A DNA stretch of 64,000 nucleotides from the human T2T-CHM13v2.0 reference genome, Homo sapiens (GCF_009914755.1 NC_060926.1), one strand, 5' to 3'; positions 12,306-26,769 are shown, counted from the first letter of the stretch. The notes: generated by a model not told the origin, from the letters alone. Translations and numbers: made by a program.

Positions 12306-13073
12306 CATGAGGGTGCCTATCATATAGGAATGTTGAGAAAACCTGAAACGCCTGTTGGGCTCTTTGTAGCGCAGAAACACAGCCAGGAAACGCTGATTAA
12401 TGCATGTGCATGGCACCCAAGCCTTGGTTCAGGGTCAGGACTGGTCCTGCATGGAGTCTGCTGTAGAACACAGGATTCGCCTTTGACCTCTCCAGGCTGC
12501 TGCATATGGAAAATGGGACGGTGAAATTGAATTCGCGTTGATGGTTCACAAATGTCAGATGCATCCACACCCTAACTGAGCAAATGACTCCTACACACTT
12601 TGACACACCTAGCCCTGGTGGTGGACACCCGGAGGCTGCAGCAAGAGGGGAGGTCCTGTTGATGCTATCACTAAATATTTCTAGACTCTGCCTTTCTGTT
12701 CTGTAACTTTGCATCTTCACAGTCACTGTGTCATTTCCCGTCTGCATCACGGATTCTGCCTCTCACCCTATCCACTGCAACCTTTCCTCTCCAGGCTGCC
12801 AGGCTGTTCTTTTGACAATGCAAGTCTGATGGTGTCAGCTCCTGTCTAAGATACTCAATGGCTTCTGCAAAATTCCACAAAGCCCTTCTAGTAAGGGGTT
12901 TATGAGCTGCTTTAGCTCATCAGCCCTTCACTGGAGGCATAATGGGCTGGAAGGGTGAACATGGAAACACTAGCTGATTATCTCTGTGGGGGATTTGGTG
13001 AAGACAAAAGGGGAGGGGGACTACACACACTTCTTATTTTATATGCATTTGTATTTCTTGAATTTGTAAATTA

Positions 13074-13614
13074 TGTATTCGTTTTTTATTGCAGTGTACC
13101 AATTACCACTAAATGGAGCAGCTTAAAACAATAAACATTTTTTCCTCATTGTTTCTGTGCATTGGGAATCCCAGAGCAGCTTGGCTGGGAGGCCATGGCT
13201 CGAGGCTGCCCTGGAGATGTTGGCTGGAACTACAGTCATCTGAAGGCGTGAATGGGGCGGATGATCCACTCTGGAGCTCACTTGAAGCAGTTGGCAGGCA
13301 CCTCGGTTCCTTGCTGGCTGTTTGCTGGCAGCCTCAGCTCCTTGGCACACAGGTCTGTCTCTCCATAGGGCTTCTTATGTACCTTCATGATATGGCAGCT
13401 GGCTTCCCCCAGAATAAAGGATCCAAGAGAGAGCAGGAAACAAGCAGTCATGCCTCTTATGACGCAGCCTAGGACATCATCACTTCTGCTGCATTCTGTT
13501 CAGCAGAAGAGAGTCATGAGGTCCAACTCACATTCAAGAGGAGTTGGGATTGACCTTCACCTCTGGAAGGGAAGAGTGTTAAAGAATTCATGGGTGTATT
13601 TTAAAAGTACCACA
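13074..13614 (-). mobile_element. MLT1G/H-like MaLR LTR
   Basis: GCAGCTTAAAACAATAAACATTT...CAGTCATCTGAAGGC...ATGGCAGCTGGCTTCCCCCAGA...TTTTAAAAGTACCACA. Confidence 0.8.
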
Positions 13615-13880
13615 CATTCATGTATTAATTTTCCCTCTTGGCCATTATCAGATCTCAAACAAGACTGCAATCTCCCCTGAGCTTCAGTTTTTAATCTGTA
13701 AAAGGAGAATGACGATGCCTAATTCCTAGGAACGCTAGAGATGAGCTGAAATCATGCCTGGGATGGATGCTAAATGAAACACACGTGGCTGTTATTTTGC
13801 AGTGCTGAGAAGGTCCCTGTCAGCCTCCTCTCCTGGCACCGTCCCAGACACCTTGGGCTCCAGCCACACCGAATGGCTGA

Positions 13881-14344
<464 letters not shown>

Positions 14345-14816
14345 TAAATACCGAAAGAGCTTACATTTCAAATAGCTTTAGGACAGAAAATCAAACCAAA
14401 ACAGGAGAACACTTCTTGTTTCCAGTTCCCTGCAGAGATAATTTTCATTTTCGGTGGAGAAGTGTGCTAGCGAGGAGTGCTGTCAGCTCCAGCAGAGCCA
14501 GGCACCCATGCTTAGGCTCCTTCCCTGAAAAGCGGCAGGAGGGCTGACCTCACCAGATCGTTTGGCTGATTAGACCTATTCGCATATTCATATGCAAAAA
14601 GTGCTGCCTCTGTCTTGCTGTTCACTGTCTCCGAGGCTGCAGAGGTGTGTCAGCAAGTCCTCTGGGTAAAAACCAGCTGGCTCCTGGGCCATCATGTGAA
14701 AGGTAAGGAAAAGGAAAAAGCCCCTGATTCTTAGAAACAGAAGTCTACAGGATTCCTTGCAGCATCTGTGTGTGATTTAAAAGGAATAGAGGCACTGTAT
14801 GGCTTATCTGTAAGTC

Positions 14817-15043
14817 AGGTTTATCCAACCCGTGGCCCACAGGCCACATGCGGCCTGGGATGGCTTTGAATGCAGCGAAGATTACAAACACAAATTTGTA
14901 AACTTTCTTAAAACATTATGAGTTTTTTTGCAACTTTTTTTTTTCTCATAAGCTATTGTTAGTGTTAGTGTATTTTATGTGTGGCTCAAGACAATTATTC
15001 TTCCAGTGTGGCCCGGGGAAGTCAAAAGATTGGACCCCCCCTA
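14817..15043. mobile_element. MER30 DNA transposon
   Basis: TCCAACCCGTGGCCC...GGATGGCTTTGAATGC...AAACTTTCTTAAAACATTATGAG...GTGTGGCCC...AAAAGATTGGAC. Confidence 0.85.
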
Positions 15044-18000
15044 CCAAAGTATCCAACAGGAAAATAAATATGAGAATCCCAACTCTTGCAACTTACCCTA
15101 TATCACAACCTTATCGTTTCAACAGGGTTTCATATTTTTTCATTAAGCCTCTCTTCCAGATTAGTGGAGTTGAAGGGGCAGGCATGAGAGACCCTTTTGT
15201 TTAGACTGAGTTCCTTTGACTTGATTGCATAATTAATTTCTATGACAGTTTCATATCATTTTTCATTTTGAAGAATATATATTTTTGCCTAAACGTTTAT
15301 TTTCCACATATGTATTTGTGTGGCAATTTCCTTATTATTTCTCTCATGGGTTCTAGTGATAAAAATCTACCAATAATTGTACCATAGAGGGGCAGCCCTT
15401 CCAGAAAGTTCCCTGTGGACACATTTGTCTAGATACAGCACTGGGGCTCAGGGACCCCCACCCCACCCCTCACATAAGAAACAGGCAGCAGCTCCTCACA
15501 CATCAGGCCCATGGGTAGAAATGTTATAAGAAAATACGGTGGCCACAGCAGGTTTCTGTCTCTGCAGGTTGCTCCCTTCTATCTTGGAGGATAAAACGTC
15601 ATGTCACTGCGAGCGACAGCTTCATTACAGTGTGTGCCATGAACGCTGGGACTCATCAGCAGAGGGGTTCCTTGTGGCTCTGAATGGCATCTTGTCCATT
15701 TCTTTAGGGATTGGGCAGAGTCAAGAGAAAACCGATAATCATTTCATTGCCCAGGTGCCATTTCAACAAAGTTCCTGGGTAGTAAACATGTTTTCTGCCC
15801 AGGCCCATGGAAGGGGCAAAGCTCAAATGGCATTGGGAATCTCTGTGCTGGAAGCTGCCAATGGATCTGTGAAGGGGATTGCCTTGGGGAGGCAGGAAGG
15901 CTGGTGTTTTGCCACCAGAATGTTACAGCTACAGTCTTTGTTTCACTGAAACACTGACCCTACAGAGCCGGTAGTGTTCCCTGTGGGAACCTCCTACTAG
16001 GACCCTCATCGGTCACACAGATCACTCTAGGGACCTGAGTTAGGGGCTGATAGTTAGGGGCTAATAGTTGTGGCCGCTCTGCCTCTGGGGTAGACAGGTG
16101 TGCATGGAGGGTGCGGAGCCTGTTTGAAATACAAGTGAGCTACAAGCCCCAGGAGCCACAGAGCCATCTCCGTGTGTTGGGTACTGTCTGTCTCTGCCAG
16201 GTATTGCTGTGAGCCCCACGAAAACCTTGTCATCCCTGACTGTGATTTATCTCTCAGTTTCATTGAAAACATATCACTCTGGGTTGGGCAAAGTCAAGGT
16301 ACCAAAAAGGCTTTTCACCTTGAATGTTAGCTCCAATCTAACAGTGATGTGAGACAGAGCTCTGGGATCAGTTATCAATGTCTCCCATGAGCAGAGAAGG
16401 AGGTGGTGGTGACATGCTTGCTCTGTCTTCCTACACTGGCCGGAATCCCTGAGGCAATGCACACCCAGAGTTATGAACTACACTGTCTCCCCTGACCATC
16501 CTACAGTGAGAAGAGAGGCAGTTGTCTTGGAGATACTACAATATCTTGGAGTTGTTCTGCAGGGTGGCCCTTAAAAATCCTTCAGGCAGCAGGCATCTGT
16601 TCACACCAGGTCTTTGAGAAACTGTGTCAGCATGGTATGGATGAATGGATAAGTGCTCCACAGGCTAGTAATTAAAACTGAGGGGCAGGTTTCCATAAAG
16701 AGGAGTGGAGCTCTTGCTAGGGGTCTTGTGCATAAGACCTAGATTTTAGACCAAACAAGAGAAGAGAAATGAAGCCAGCGTCAGCGCAGCGTTCCAGTGC
16801 AGGAAATGGGCGGTGAACACAGTGGGTCGTGGTAGCAGTGTGTAGTCTCAGGGTCTCCACGAGGCCACAGCCAAGTCCCAGGGACTGAGTTCAGAGGTTT
16901 TAACAACACTATCTAATTGGCATGCCATAGATTCTTGGGGTTTGATAGAACCTCTCAGGTGATCAAGTTCCCCCACTGTCCTATACCTCCTGTTGTAGCC
17001 CCAATCTCAGGAGCTAGGACAGGCTGATGTGAGAGGCATGGCTGTGGCTGTGGGCTGCAGGGAAGAACATCTGCCTCCTGCTCTTCCAGGCTCTCATCCA
17101 GCACAGTCAGATCAGAACAGCAGCCTTTGTTATCCTCCGTGCAGCCTTCATCCAACCAGTCATCCTGGCCTCTGCAGGACTCTGCAAAGGAGGCCATGAC
17201 AGCATGGGTCCCGGCCCCTCTCTGGGAGGTCCCCCAGCCCCAACACTCCATCTGTCTTCACCCTGGCTTCACTCAAGCCTACAGTCACCAAGAATTGCCC
17301 AAGGGGCATTGTGGGTTGGCAAGGCCTATACCCAAATATTCAGAACCCCAAATTTCAAATCCAGGAAGAGCTTCCTACAGTCATGCACTCTTTGCACCAT
17401 GATTAAAACCAGCAACATGTTTCCTTTTTTTTCTTCGTCCATACTCTTGCCGAAACAAATCATCATCTGATGCGGTAATGGCGACTGCCCTGCCCTGCCT
17501 TCTTCTCAGGGCCGTTGCAGGGGATGGGAAGGGAGCTGAAAGGCCCCAGTATACTGAGAGCATTTGCATGGCTGGCAGCTGAGTGCACATGTGAATGATT
17601 AAAATTCTTCTCCCCAGCAGACGTGACTCCACGGTTGCTGCCTCTCAGTGTCAGACAATTGTGAGTCAGATGCGTCATGAAGTTTCTGCTTCCCTGCTCT
17701 GCCACTCATTTCCCAGACACGCTCTGGCTTGATGACTGACACTGTGAAGCTGGTGGTGTCCTTTGCAGCATGGAGATGACAGTGGACCCCTTCATGAGCA
17801 GTAAACACTGTGTCCTCTTGTGCTTCTGGGTGCTGGGCTCCCAAAACCTGCCCCAGGGTCTCAAGGATTGTAGGTGATGCTTGGCCTAACTTCATGACCA
17901 CTTCCTCTTATACCTGGGTTTTGTGGAGGGGAATTTGCATTGAAGCAGGGATCTGCCTGCACTTGAGAAGGTCCTTAAAGTACTGGTAGGATTAGCTCAC

Positions 18001-18505
18001 ACTGAAAGAAGGAAAATGGGAGTCATACTAAATGCTTTCAAGGTCAGAGGTGGTGCTATCTTGTTTCCAAATTTACTGTTACAGACAACTTGCTACCAGC
18101 CAAGAGGATTGCAAGGTCTGACTATTTCAGGTTCCAGCATTAACCACACATTGTTTCTTAAGCAAATCAAGCCAAAGACAGGTCCTACTTCTCTGGGCAA
18201 GTCTGAGGGAACTTCTGTAATCATCATAGAGGAGAAGGACCAAAGGGTCTGGCACTGCCGTGGGGGACAGGGATGGGCCTGGAGGACTCTGGAGGAGGAC
18301 AGCGCCCTGGTTTCACACAAGGATGCTGCTGTGCCACACTAAGCCCAAGCTCTTCAGATGGGCCCTGGGACTCAGCCCTGTGCCTCTGATCCCTCTCTGG
18401 GCTGCAACATGCCAGAGCTCAGACCTTGGTCAAACCATAATCCGGATGGTGCCCAGGCCCTGCGTCTGGTCCAGCCATGTTCCTCAGGAAAGGAAATGAT
18501 GGGCT

Positions 18506-18868
18506 GTGTGAAGTTCATTTTAGGTTTCAACTCGACCTGCCTCAGAGAGGCTCACATAGTTGGTAAAGTATTATTTCTGGATACGTCTGTGAGGCTGTTG
18601 ATGGAGATTAGCATTTGAGGCAGTAGATTGGATAAAGCAGATCAGTCTCATCAATGTGGGCGGAAATCATGCATCCATTGAGGGTCCCATAGAACAAAAA
18701 GGCACAGCTGTCTTGTGAGCTGGGACATCCATCTTCTCCTGCCCTTAGACATTGGAGCCCCTGGTTCTTGGGCCTTCAGACTCCAAGATGAAGCCTCTGG
18801 TTCTTAGGCCTGTGGTCTTAGACTGAATTATGCCCCCAGCTTTCCTTCTTCAACTTACAGGTTGTGGG
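18506..18868 (+). mobile_element. MLT2 (HERVL) LTR, 5' part
   Basis: TTATTTCTGG..CGTCTGTGAGG...GAGATTAGCATTTGA...AATGTGGGCGG...GAGCTGGGACATCCATCTTCTCCTGCCCTT. Confidence 0.8.
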
Positions 18869-21088
18869 TGTATTACTCTGTTTTCATGCTGCTGATAATG
18901 ACATACCCAAGACTGGGAAGAAAAAGAGATTTAATTGGACTTACAGTTCTACATGGCCAGGGAGGCCTCAGAATCATGGTGGGAGGTGAAAGGCACTTTT
19001 TACATGGTGGCGGCAAGAGAAAAATGAGGAAGATGCAAAAGCAGAAACACCTGATAAAACCATCAGATCTTGTGAGACCCACCCACTACCAGCATGGGGG
19101 AAACTGCCCCCATGATTCAAATGATCTCCCACCGGGTCCCTCCCACAACATGCAGGAATTATGGGAGTACAATTCAAGATGAGATTTGGGTGGTGACACA
19201 GAGCCAAACCATATCATTCCACCCCTGACCCCTCCAAATCTCATGTCCTCACATTTCAAAACCAATCATGACTTCCCAACAGTCCCCCAAAGTCTTAACT
19301 CATTTCAGCATTAACCCAAAAGTCCACAGTCCAAAGTCTCATCTGAGACAAAGCAAGTCCCTTCTGCCTATGAGCCTGTAAAATCAAAAACAAGCTAATT
19401 ACTTCCTAGATACAATGGGGGTACAGGCATTGGGTAAATACAGCCAAACCAAATGGCAGAAATTGGCCAAAACAAAGGGGTTATAGGGTTCATGCAAGTC
19501 TGAAATCCAGCAGGGCAGTCAAATTTTAAAGCTCCATAATGATCTCCCTTGACTCCATGTCTCACATTCAGGTCACACTGCTGCAAAAGGTGGGTTCCCA
19601 TGGTCTTGGGCAGCTCTGCCCCTGTGTCTTTGCAGGATATAGCCTCCCTCCCAGCTGGTTTCATGGGCTGGCATTGACTGTCTGTGGCTTTTCCAGGGAA
19701 ACAGTGCAAGCTGTCAGTGGATCTACCATTCTGGGGTCTGGAGGACAGTGACCATCTTCTCATAGTTCCACTAGGCAGTGCCCCAGTAGCGACTCTGTGT
19801 GGGGGCTCTGACCCCACATTTCTCTTTCATATTACCCTAGCAGAGGTTCTCCATGAGCACCCTGCCGCTGGTGCAAACTTCTGCCTGGACATCCAGACGT
19901 TTCCATACATCTTCTGAAATCTAGGCAGAGGTTCCCAAACCCCAATTCTTAACTTCTGTGTACTTGCAAGCTCAACACCATGTGGAAGCTGCCAAAGCTT
20001 GAGGCTTGCACCCTCTGAAGCCACAGACTGAGCTCTATGTTAGCTCCTTTCAGCCATGGCTGGAGCAGCTGGAATGCAAGGCACTAAGTCCCTATGCTGC
20101 ACATAGCATAGGGACCCTGGGCCTGGCCCATGAAACCATTTTCTCCTAGGCCTCTAGGCCTGCGATGGGGGAGGCTGCTGTGAAGACCTCTGACATGCCC
20201 TGGGGATATTTTACCCATTGTCTTGGGGATTAACATTAGGCTCCTTGTTATTTATGCAACTTTCTACAGCCAGCTTAAATTTCTCCTCAGAAAATAGGGT
20301 TTTGCTTTCTATCACATTGTCAGGCTGCAAATTTTCTGAACTTTTATGCTCTGCTTCCCTTATGAAACTGAATGCATTTAACAGCATCCAAGTCACCTCT
20401 TGAATGCTTTACTGCTTAGAAATTTCTTCCACCAGATATCCTAAATCATTTCCCTCAAGTTCAAAGTTCCATAAATCTCTAGGGCAGACGCAAAATGCCA
20501 CCAGTCTCTTTGTTAAAATGTAACAGGAGTCACCTTTGTTTCAGTTCCCAACAAGTTCCTCATCTCCATCAGAGACTACCTCATCCTGGATTTCATTGTC
20601 CATATCACTATCAGCATTTTGGGCAAAGCCATTCAACAAGTCTCTAGGAAGTTCCAAACTTTCCCACATTTTCCTATCTTCTTCTGAGTCTTCCAAACTG
20701 TTCCAACCTCTTCCTGTTACCCAGTTCCAAAGTCACTTCCACATTTTCAGGTTCTTTTCAGCAGCACCCCACTCTACTGGTACCAATTTACTATATTAGT
20801 CCGTTTTCATGCTGCTGATAAAGACATATCCAAGACTGCGGAGGCCTCAGAATCATGGTGGAAGGTAAAAGGCACTTCTTACATGGTGGCAGCAAGAGAA
20901 AATGAGGAAGATGCAAAAGCGAAAAAGCTTGATAAAACCATCAGATTCCACTATCACGAGAACAGCATGGGGAAAACCACACCCTGATTCAAATTATCTC
21001 CCACTGGGTCCCTCCCACAACACATGGGAATTATTGGAGTATAGTTCAAGATGAGATTTGGGTGGGGACACAGAGCCAAACCATATCA
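18869..21088 (-). mobile_element. Full-length THE1A element (LTR 18869-19216, internal 19217-20791, LTR 20792-21088)
   Basis: Two THE1A-type LTRs flanking ~1.6 kb THE1 internal sequence; perfect 5-bp TSD GTGGG at 18864-18868 and 21089-21093. Confidence 0.93.
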
Positions 21089-21203
21089 GTGGGACTTCTT
21101 GGTCCCCAAAATCTCCTGAGCCGACTCCTATAACAAATCCCCTCTTAGACGTCTCTGTCTATCCTGATTGGTTCTGCTTTTCTGAAGAGCCCTGACTAAT
21201 TCA
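21089..21203 (+). mobile_element. MLT2 LTR, 3' part
   Basis: GTGGGACTTCTTGG...GAGCC.ACTCC...TCCTGATTGGTTCTG.TTTTCTG.AGA.CCCTGACTAAT continues the element split by THE1A. Confidence 0.8.
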
Positions 21204-21634
21204 GACAGGCAGTTGGCACCACTTCCTTCAACAGCCTGTCTCCTTTTGGCCTCTTCCCCATTTTTATAAGTGCCTACTATTGATTGTTTGGTTTGGTGGA
21301 ATCTCAGCAGAATATTAGGGAGAATGAAAAATGTCTGATTCCTATAACTAGCAAAGAAGCACCCGCAACTACTAGGCATGACTGGCCTTATCTCTGGGTG
21401 GCCTTGGCCCACCAGAAATTCCCATGGCCACCCTGACCCCATGTTCTGCTCTTCACCACCTCTGTGGAGGCTTGGAATTTGACTTCTTCCCTAAGGCTTT
21501 GTCCTGACCTGATGGATGAGACACCTCCCAATGTCATCTCCTTGGCGTCCAAGGCCTCCGCAGAGTCATGCCTATGAGACAAGGTGCCTGCCACTAGGGC
21601 CAAGGCCACTCTGTGTATATTATGCATAACGATA

Positions 21635-22005
21635 GCACTGCTAGCATTTACTGCGTGCTTGCTACACCCCAAGCAGTGCCAGAACTTCACATGCCTTCAT
21701 TCTTTCAGTCTTCACGACAGCCTTTGAGGTGGGTATTAGACTGACTTCCATTCATCAGACAAAGAACGGAAAGGGTGAATGTTTACTCCTCACCTCCTCT
21801 GTGTCCTTGACTTTGCTGAGTGCCCTAAGTACATTATCTCACTTTGTCCTCATATGGGCTCTGTGAAATGGGTGCCCATTTCACAGATGCGCACACTGGA
21901 ATCTTGGAAGAGGGTAGGAAACTTGCCCAGGCCAGAGTTTGTAAGCATTAGGGCCAGAACACTCAACCTCAGGCAGTCTGACTCTAGGGTGCCCACTATA
22001 GCTAT
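21635..22005 (-). mobile_element. Two tandem MIR fragments
   Basis: GCATTTACTGCGTGCTT...CCATTCATCAGA and CCCATTTCACAGATG...AACTTGCCCAGG...AGGCAGTCTGACTC. Confidence 0.65.
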
Positions 22006-22688
22006 CCTAAGACCCAGGTGCGCTTTTTGCTTCGAAAACACCCCAGGTCCTCAGTCCTACCTAGTGATTCTGCTGTACTGAGCCCTCGGAGGTGACCCTG
22101 GTGTCTTCCACAGAGGGTCCCATTTTGTGTAGCAGGAGATCAAGTCAATTTCCTGGGCTGCTAGGGCACCTGGTGGCAATGTAGTGACCCACTCTAAACC
22201 CCCCTGGGTGGGTGAGGGCTGGGATGTGGAGCCCATGAGTGGACATACTCCTGTTTTTGGGGGTGCTCGGCTGACACACCCCCAGAAAGCCTTGGAAAAT
22301 GAATGTACTCGAAACATGGTGGTTAAACTCAATCTGTAGTAGTGGCGGTGGGGGAATGGGGGTGCCAGAATGGCACAAGAGAATTTTTACATAACGACAA
22401 CCATATGTCCTAAAAGAATGGGAATGGTTTTCCCTTTTTGCACAAGGACCCTGGAAACTGCTTCAGGAAGTTAGCGTCAACCCTCTGAGTAAGTTAAACA
22501 AAACGTGTCAGAAAGGCAGACGAAGTGAAAATGTGCCCTCCAGCATCATGTGGCTTCTGACATTCCTGGCCATTAACCACATTAAATTGACAAAGACACT
22601 GTATGGAGACAAAGGAAATTTCAGAGTATCTTGGATGAAACGAAATCCTTCAAAGATCAAATTGTTTGCTTTTCATATAGCTCTCTAG

Positions 22689-23085
<397 letters not shown>

Positions 23086-24959
23086 TGGTCTTAATTTTAA
23101 AGACTGTGGTTAATACTAGGAACACACTGGTCTCCCCACTTATGGTAGCATTATACATAGATTTGTTTCTAGCATCATTTTCAACACGCACTCATAAGGA
23201 CTGTAATTTGTGTCTGAAAAATCCCCCTACTTATGAAACCTTGACATTGAAATGAACAACAATGACCATATTGACTTCAGTGCCCCCATCACGGGACTGG
23301 CTGCTGCATACACTTCCAATTTCCTAAGCGTTTCTTTGTCAATTGGCATCAGATAATGGGCACTTAAAGTGAAGCCATTTCCTGTCCATTTTCTTACCTC
23401 ATTATTCTGATTAGTGTGGAATGACACCACTTGAACTTAACTTTATGATCAGAGACAAGGGAAAACCAGCAAGCTCTTAGCCTTCTTGTCCCCTTTCCCC
23501 TCCTTCCAAACTGTAGACTCCGTGTGGAGCAATTCCTAGGAATCTTTTTCTTAGGACGGGAAAAGACTTTATTACTGAAGAAAACAAAAGCGATTCTGAA
23601 GGGTTTGAGAGCTGTAACTCAAAGCACACTGTTTAATAATGACATCAGAATCAAATGGTTCTGGGGCAACTAAGCATCATGACCTGGGATTGCAAGCATA
23701 AGCTTTTAAACCTCAAGTTTGAAACTGGAGTGACTTCTTTGTTTTTTGAAGGTTCTCTAGAAATCTGAGCAGGCATCTCATCTGTGGGCACACCGAGTTT
23801 AATGGGCTTTTATTTGTGCCAAATTAAGCTTTGAAGTGAGTGCTCCTTGCAATGCCTGAGGAAAGCTGATGCCTCAGTCGGTGCTTTTTATTTTTATTTT
23901 TCTCATCTTAGAGATGTGAGATGATTTACAAAGTGCTGGCTGATCTTCCTAAATGACAAGTTGTTGGAGATACTGCATTCCTGGTGACTTGGAAGGTGGC
24001 CGCATTTCCACTCCTGTGGGGTCTTCCCTGGATGCAGCTCTCTTTCAGTGAAGGAAAACTCTGTCTTTTCTGCAGAAACAGCCATTCTGAAATCTGAGGA
24101 TTTCACTTAGCTGTCATTTTCAATCATCTCTGCTTGCATGGTGTTATGAATCACATACTGTCTTTTTGCGACCTTAAACTTTTTTTGCTTATTGAACTTC
24201 TCTGCTACCTCATTGGAATAAAGAATGGTATATACATGTCCTGGTACAGATCTATACAGCTAAGCTATCTATTGGCTAAGCTATCAAAATAGCCACAGCA
24301 AAAGAAAACAAGCCTTATGCTGTCTCCCAGATAAATGATAGAAAAAGACTCACTGTCAAATAAAAATGTAATACATTCCAACATACTTCAAGCTCCTTCA
24401 ATATCCAGTTAGCGACAACTTTGGTAGACAGATTGTTAGATATTTTCTCTTTAAAAATGACTCAAAATCTGAAGATAAGAGATAGGTTCTGTTTTTGTAA
24501 CAATCAGTATTTTGACTATTTTAACCATAAATGTCACATTTCTTAACCCTCTTCTGCCATCCAAGTCATTAAAAGCTAACTTCTAGATTATAACATTCAT
24601 AGTAACACAAATTTTTCCTTCTTTCATTTGATTTATAATCTTTGACACTGTATTTCATATGCAGTCATGCCTAAATCGGCATTAGTTCTGAAGAGCCTGG
24701 ACATTTTTGCTTAATATCCTTTAAAAGAAAATGACATCCCAAGGTAGATTCCCTGTCCCCTGCCTCAGTAACTTATCTGGTCCTGAGGTCCCATTCGAGT
24801 CTCCTCAACATTGCAAAGTCTTTCCCAAGCTCACCTTCTCACTGTCCCCTGCCCTCACTGCTGAGTCACTACTTTGCCTTATAGGGTCCCTGTAGTTGAA
24901 CAGTGATTTACTGATTAGACTGCACAGTAAAATGGATGGTTGCGTTTATTCCTAAGCAG

Positions 24960-25115
24960 TTGATTTTTTCTCACTTTGCACAGGAAGAACCAAAGTGCAG
25001 TGAAAAAAACAGTGTCTTGTTCAAGCCCACACAGCTGATAAGATTATGTTCAAGCCCACACAGCTGATAAGATTAGGCAGAACCAGAACCCACACCTTCG
25101 TGTGAATCTAGGCTC
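24960..25115 (-). mobile_element. MIR fragment with an internal perfect 29-bp tandem duplication
   Basis: TGTTCAAGCCCACACAGCTGATAAGATTA at 25018-25046 and 25047-25075, in MIR-like context. Confidence 0.7.
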
Positions 25116-26248
25116 CTTCCAGCAGGCCACACATGGCCTTGGGCTATCATTTGAGTGTATATTTCACAGGGGTATTTCTTGATGCCATTTATGGTGGCAC
25201 TACTTTTTATACCTTTGAAGTCCTCCCAGAGCCTAGTTGAGTGCTGGGGATACTTAGGCAAGTGTTACTGAGTGACTGAGGGAAGGTGTAAGAAGAAGGT
25301 AGTAATCACTATAAGGACATGATAGTCTTGCTAAGCAAGACAGGCACTGAAGGAAGACTCCCAATGTTGGAGGTGTCAAGGAAGGTAACACGGAGCCTCC
25401 CCAGCTTCCACCATAAGAAAGGTTGTCAAAAAGATTTTCTTGGGATTCTTAAGCCTCTCTGTTTAAATATACAAAAAGTTCGAGCTTTGGCTATTAACAA
25501 TTAATGTCTAAAGTACAACCTAAGTACCAGAAATATAAATACATTTTTCAATATATGTCCCCTAAAGAATGAGGAACCAATAATTTATAATTGTCCAACA
25601 ACATTCTTTTCTCCAAATGGAAAAGCCCCAAGTCCTTTACTTATTCAATGAGGAAAAACACAGTTACCCCATTTGTCTTGTTTTCTAAACATTTGACCAT
25701 TTTCTTAGCCTCTCTGTGAACTGGCTTTTTGATAGCACCCTTCAATTTTGGAGACTCATCTGCAGATGGTTTTATAATGGTGGCCCAGTTGATGCCAAGT
25801 ATCTCTTAAAATGGTCTTCTTGTAAACATGTGGTGACACTTTATTACCTCTTTCCATAACATGATTCCATTATGAACACATACTTTATTATTGGTCAGGA
25901 ACTAGCTCTACATCATTCTCAAGGATGGGTGTATGTGAGCTCTCTTCTCTTGACCTATATTTACTATTCTAGTGATTCATACTCTGTGTATATCCCTATT
26001 GCATTACTTCCTGTTTGCAACAGAGCAACCACAGAACAGTCTGGACAAAGCCATTTCCTTCTTCTTTTAATACTTATTTACGTGTTGCTCCAGTGAGTAT
26101 GTGTGCAGGGTTGCTGTGCAAAGTGTGGTGAGCCTGGTGTCCTCAGGAAACTAACACCAGCTGTCAAGAGGGCTTAGGAAAATACCCTGGAGCTGGCGTC
26201 AGCCACAGAATCGAGTGAGGAAAAGGGGAGCAGGCCTGACTATTTCAC

Positions 26249-26302
26249 TGACTCATCCTGTCTCCTTTTCCAAGTCACTTCCTGTCAAAGCGGGAACTTC
26301 CC
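26249..26302. promoter_or_regulatory. AP-1 + ETS + NF-kB motif cluster
   Basis: TGACTCA 26249-26255, CACTTCCTG 26276-26284, GGGAACTTCC 26292-26301. Confidence 0.35.
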
Positions 26303-26769
26303 ATTAGTTCCACATAAGTAGAGCTCTTCCAGACATGTACAGGGTGAGATCAGCAATACACTTCTTTCCTTTAGTAGCTTTCAAGTTACTATCATCGTAA
26401 GCTGGCAAATTTAATATTGCGTGTCTTGGATGGTGGGAGCAAAAAAGCCTATTTAACCTGAACAGAACCCACACTTGTCCATGTTATGCTTTACCTATTT
26501 GTTCATTCATTCATTCTGTCAACACACTTACGGTAAACTCCTGTGTGTAACATGTTACGCTTGTGTCTAGGTCTGCAAATAACCCCATGTTTAGAAGTTC
26601 ATGGTCAGCAGGTTCCTCAGCAAACTCTGCCAGTGCCGCCCACTGACCCAAGCAGAGGAAGCAGATGCATCTTGAACAGATTTTCACATGGAATGTAGTA
26701 TCTCTCCTCATGCTGTCTGGACAGGAATACAGGTTAACTCTAGGAAAGCTGCAAGTTACAGCAGATTGA

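Noticed and set aside
19395-19817. 140-aa ORF
   Set aside because: Fragment of THE1 internal sequence.
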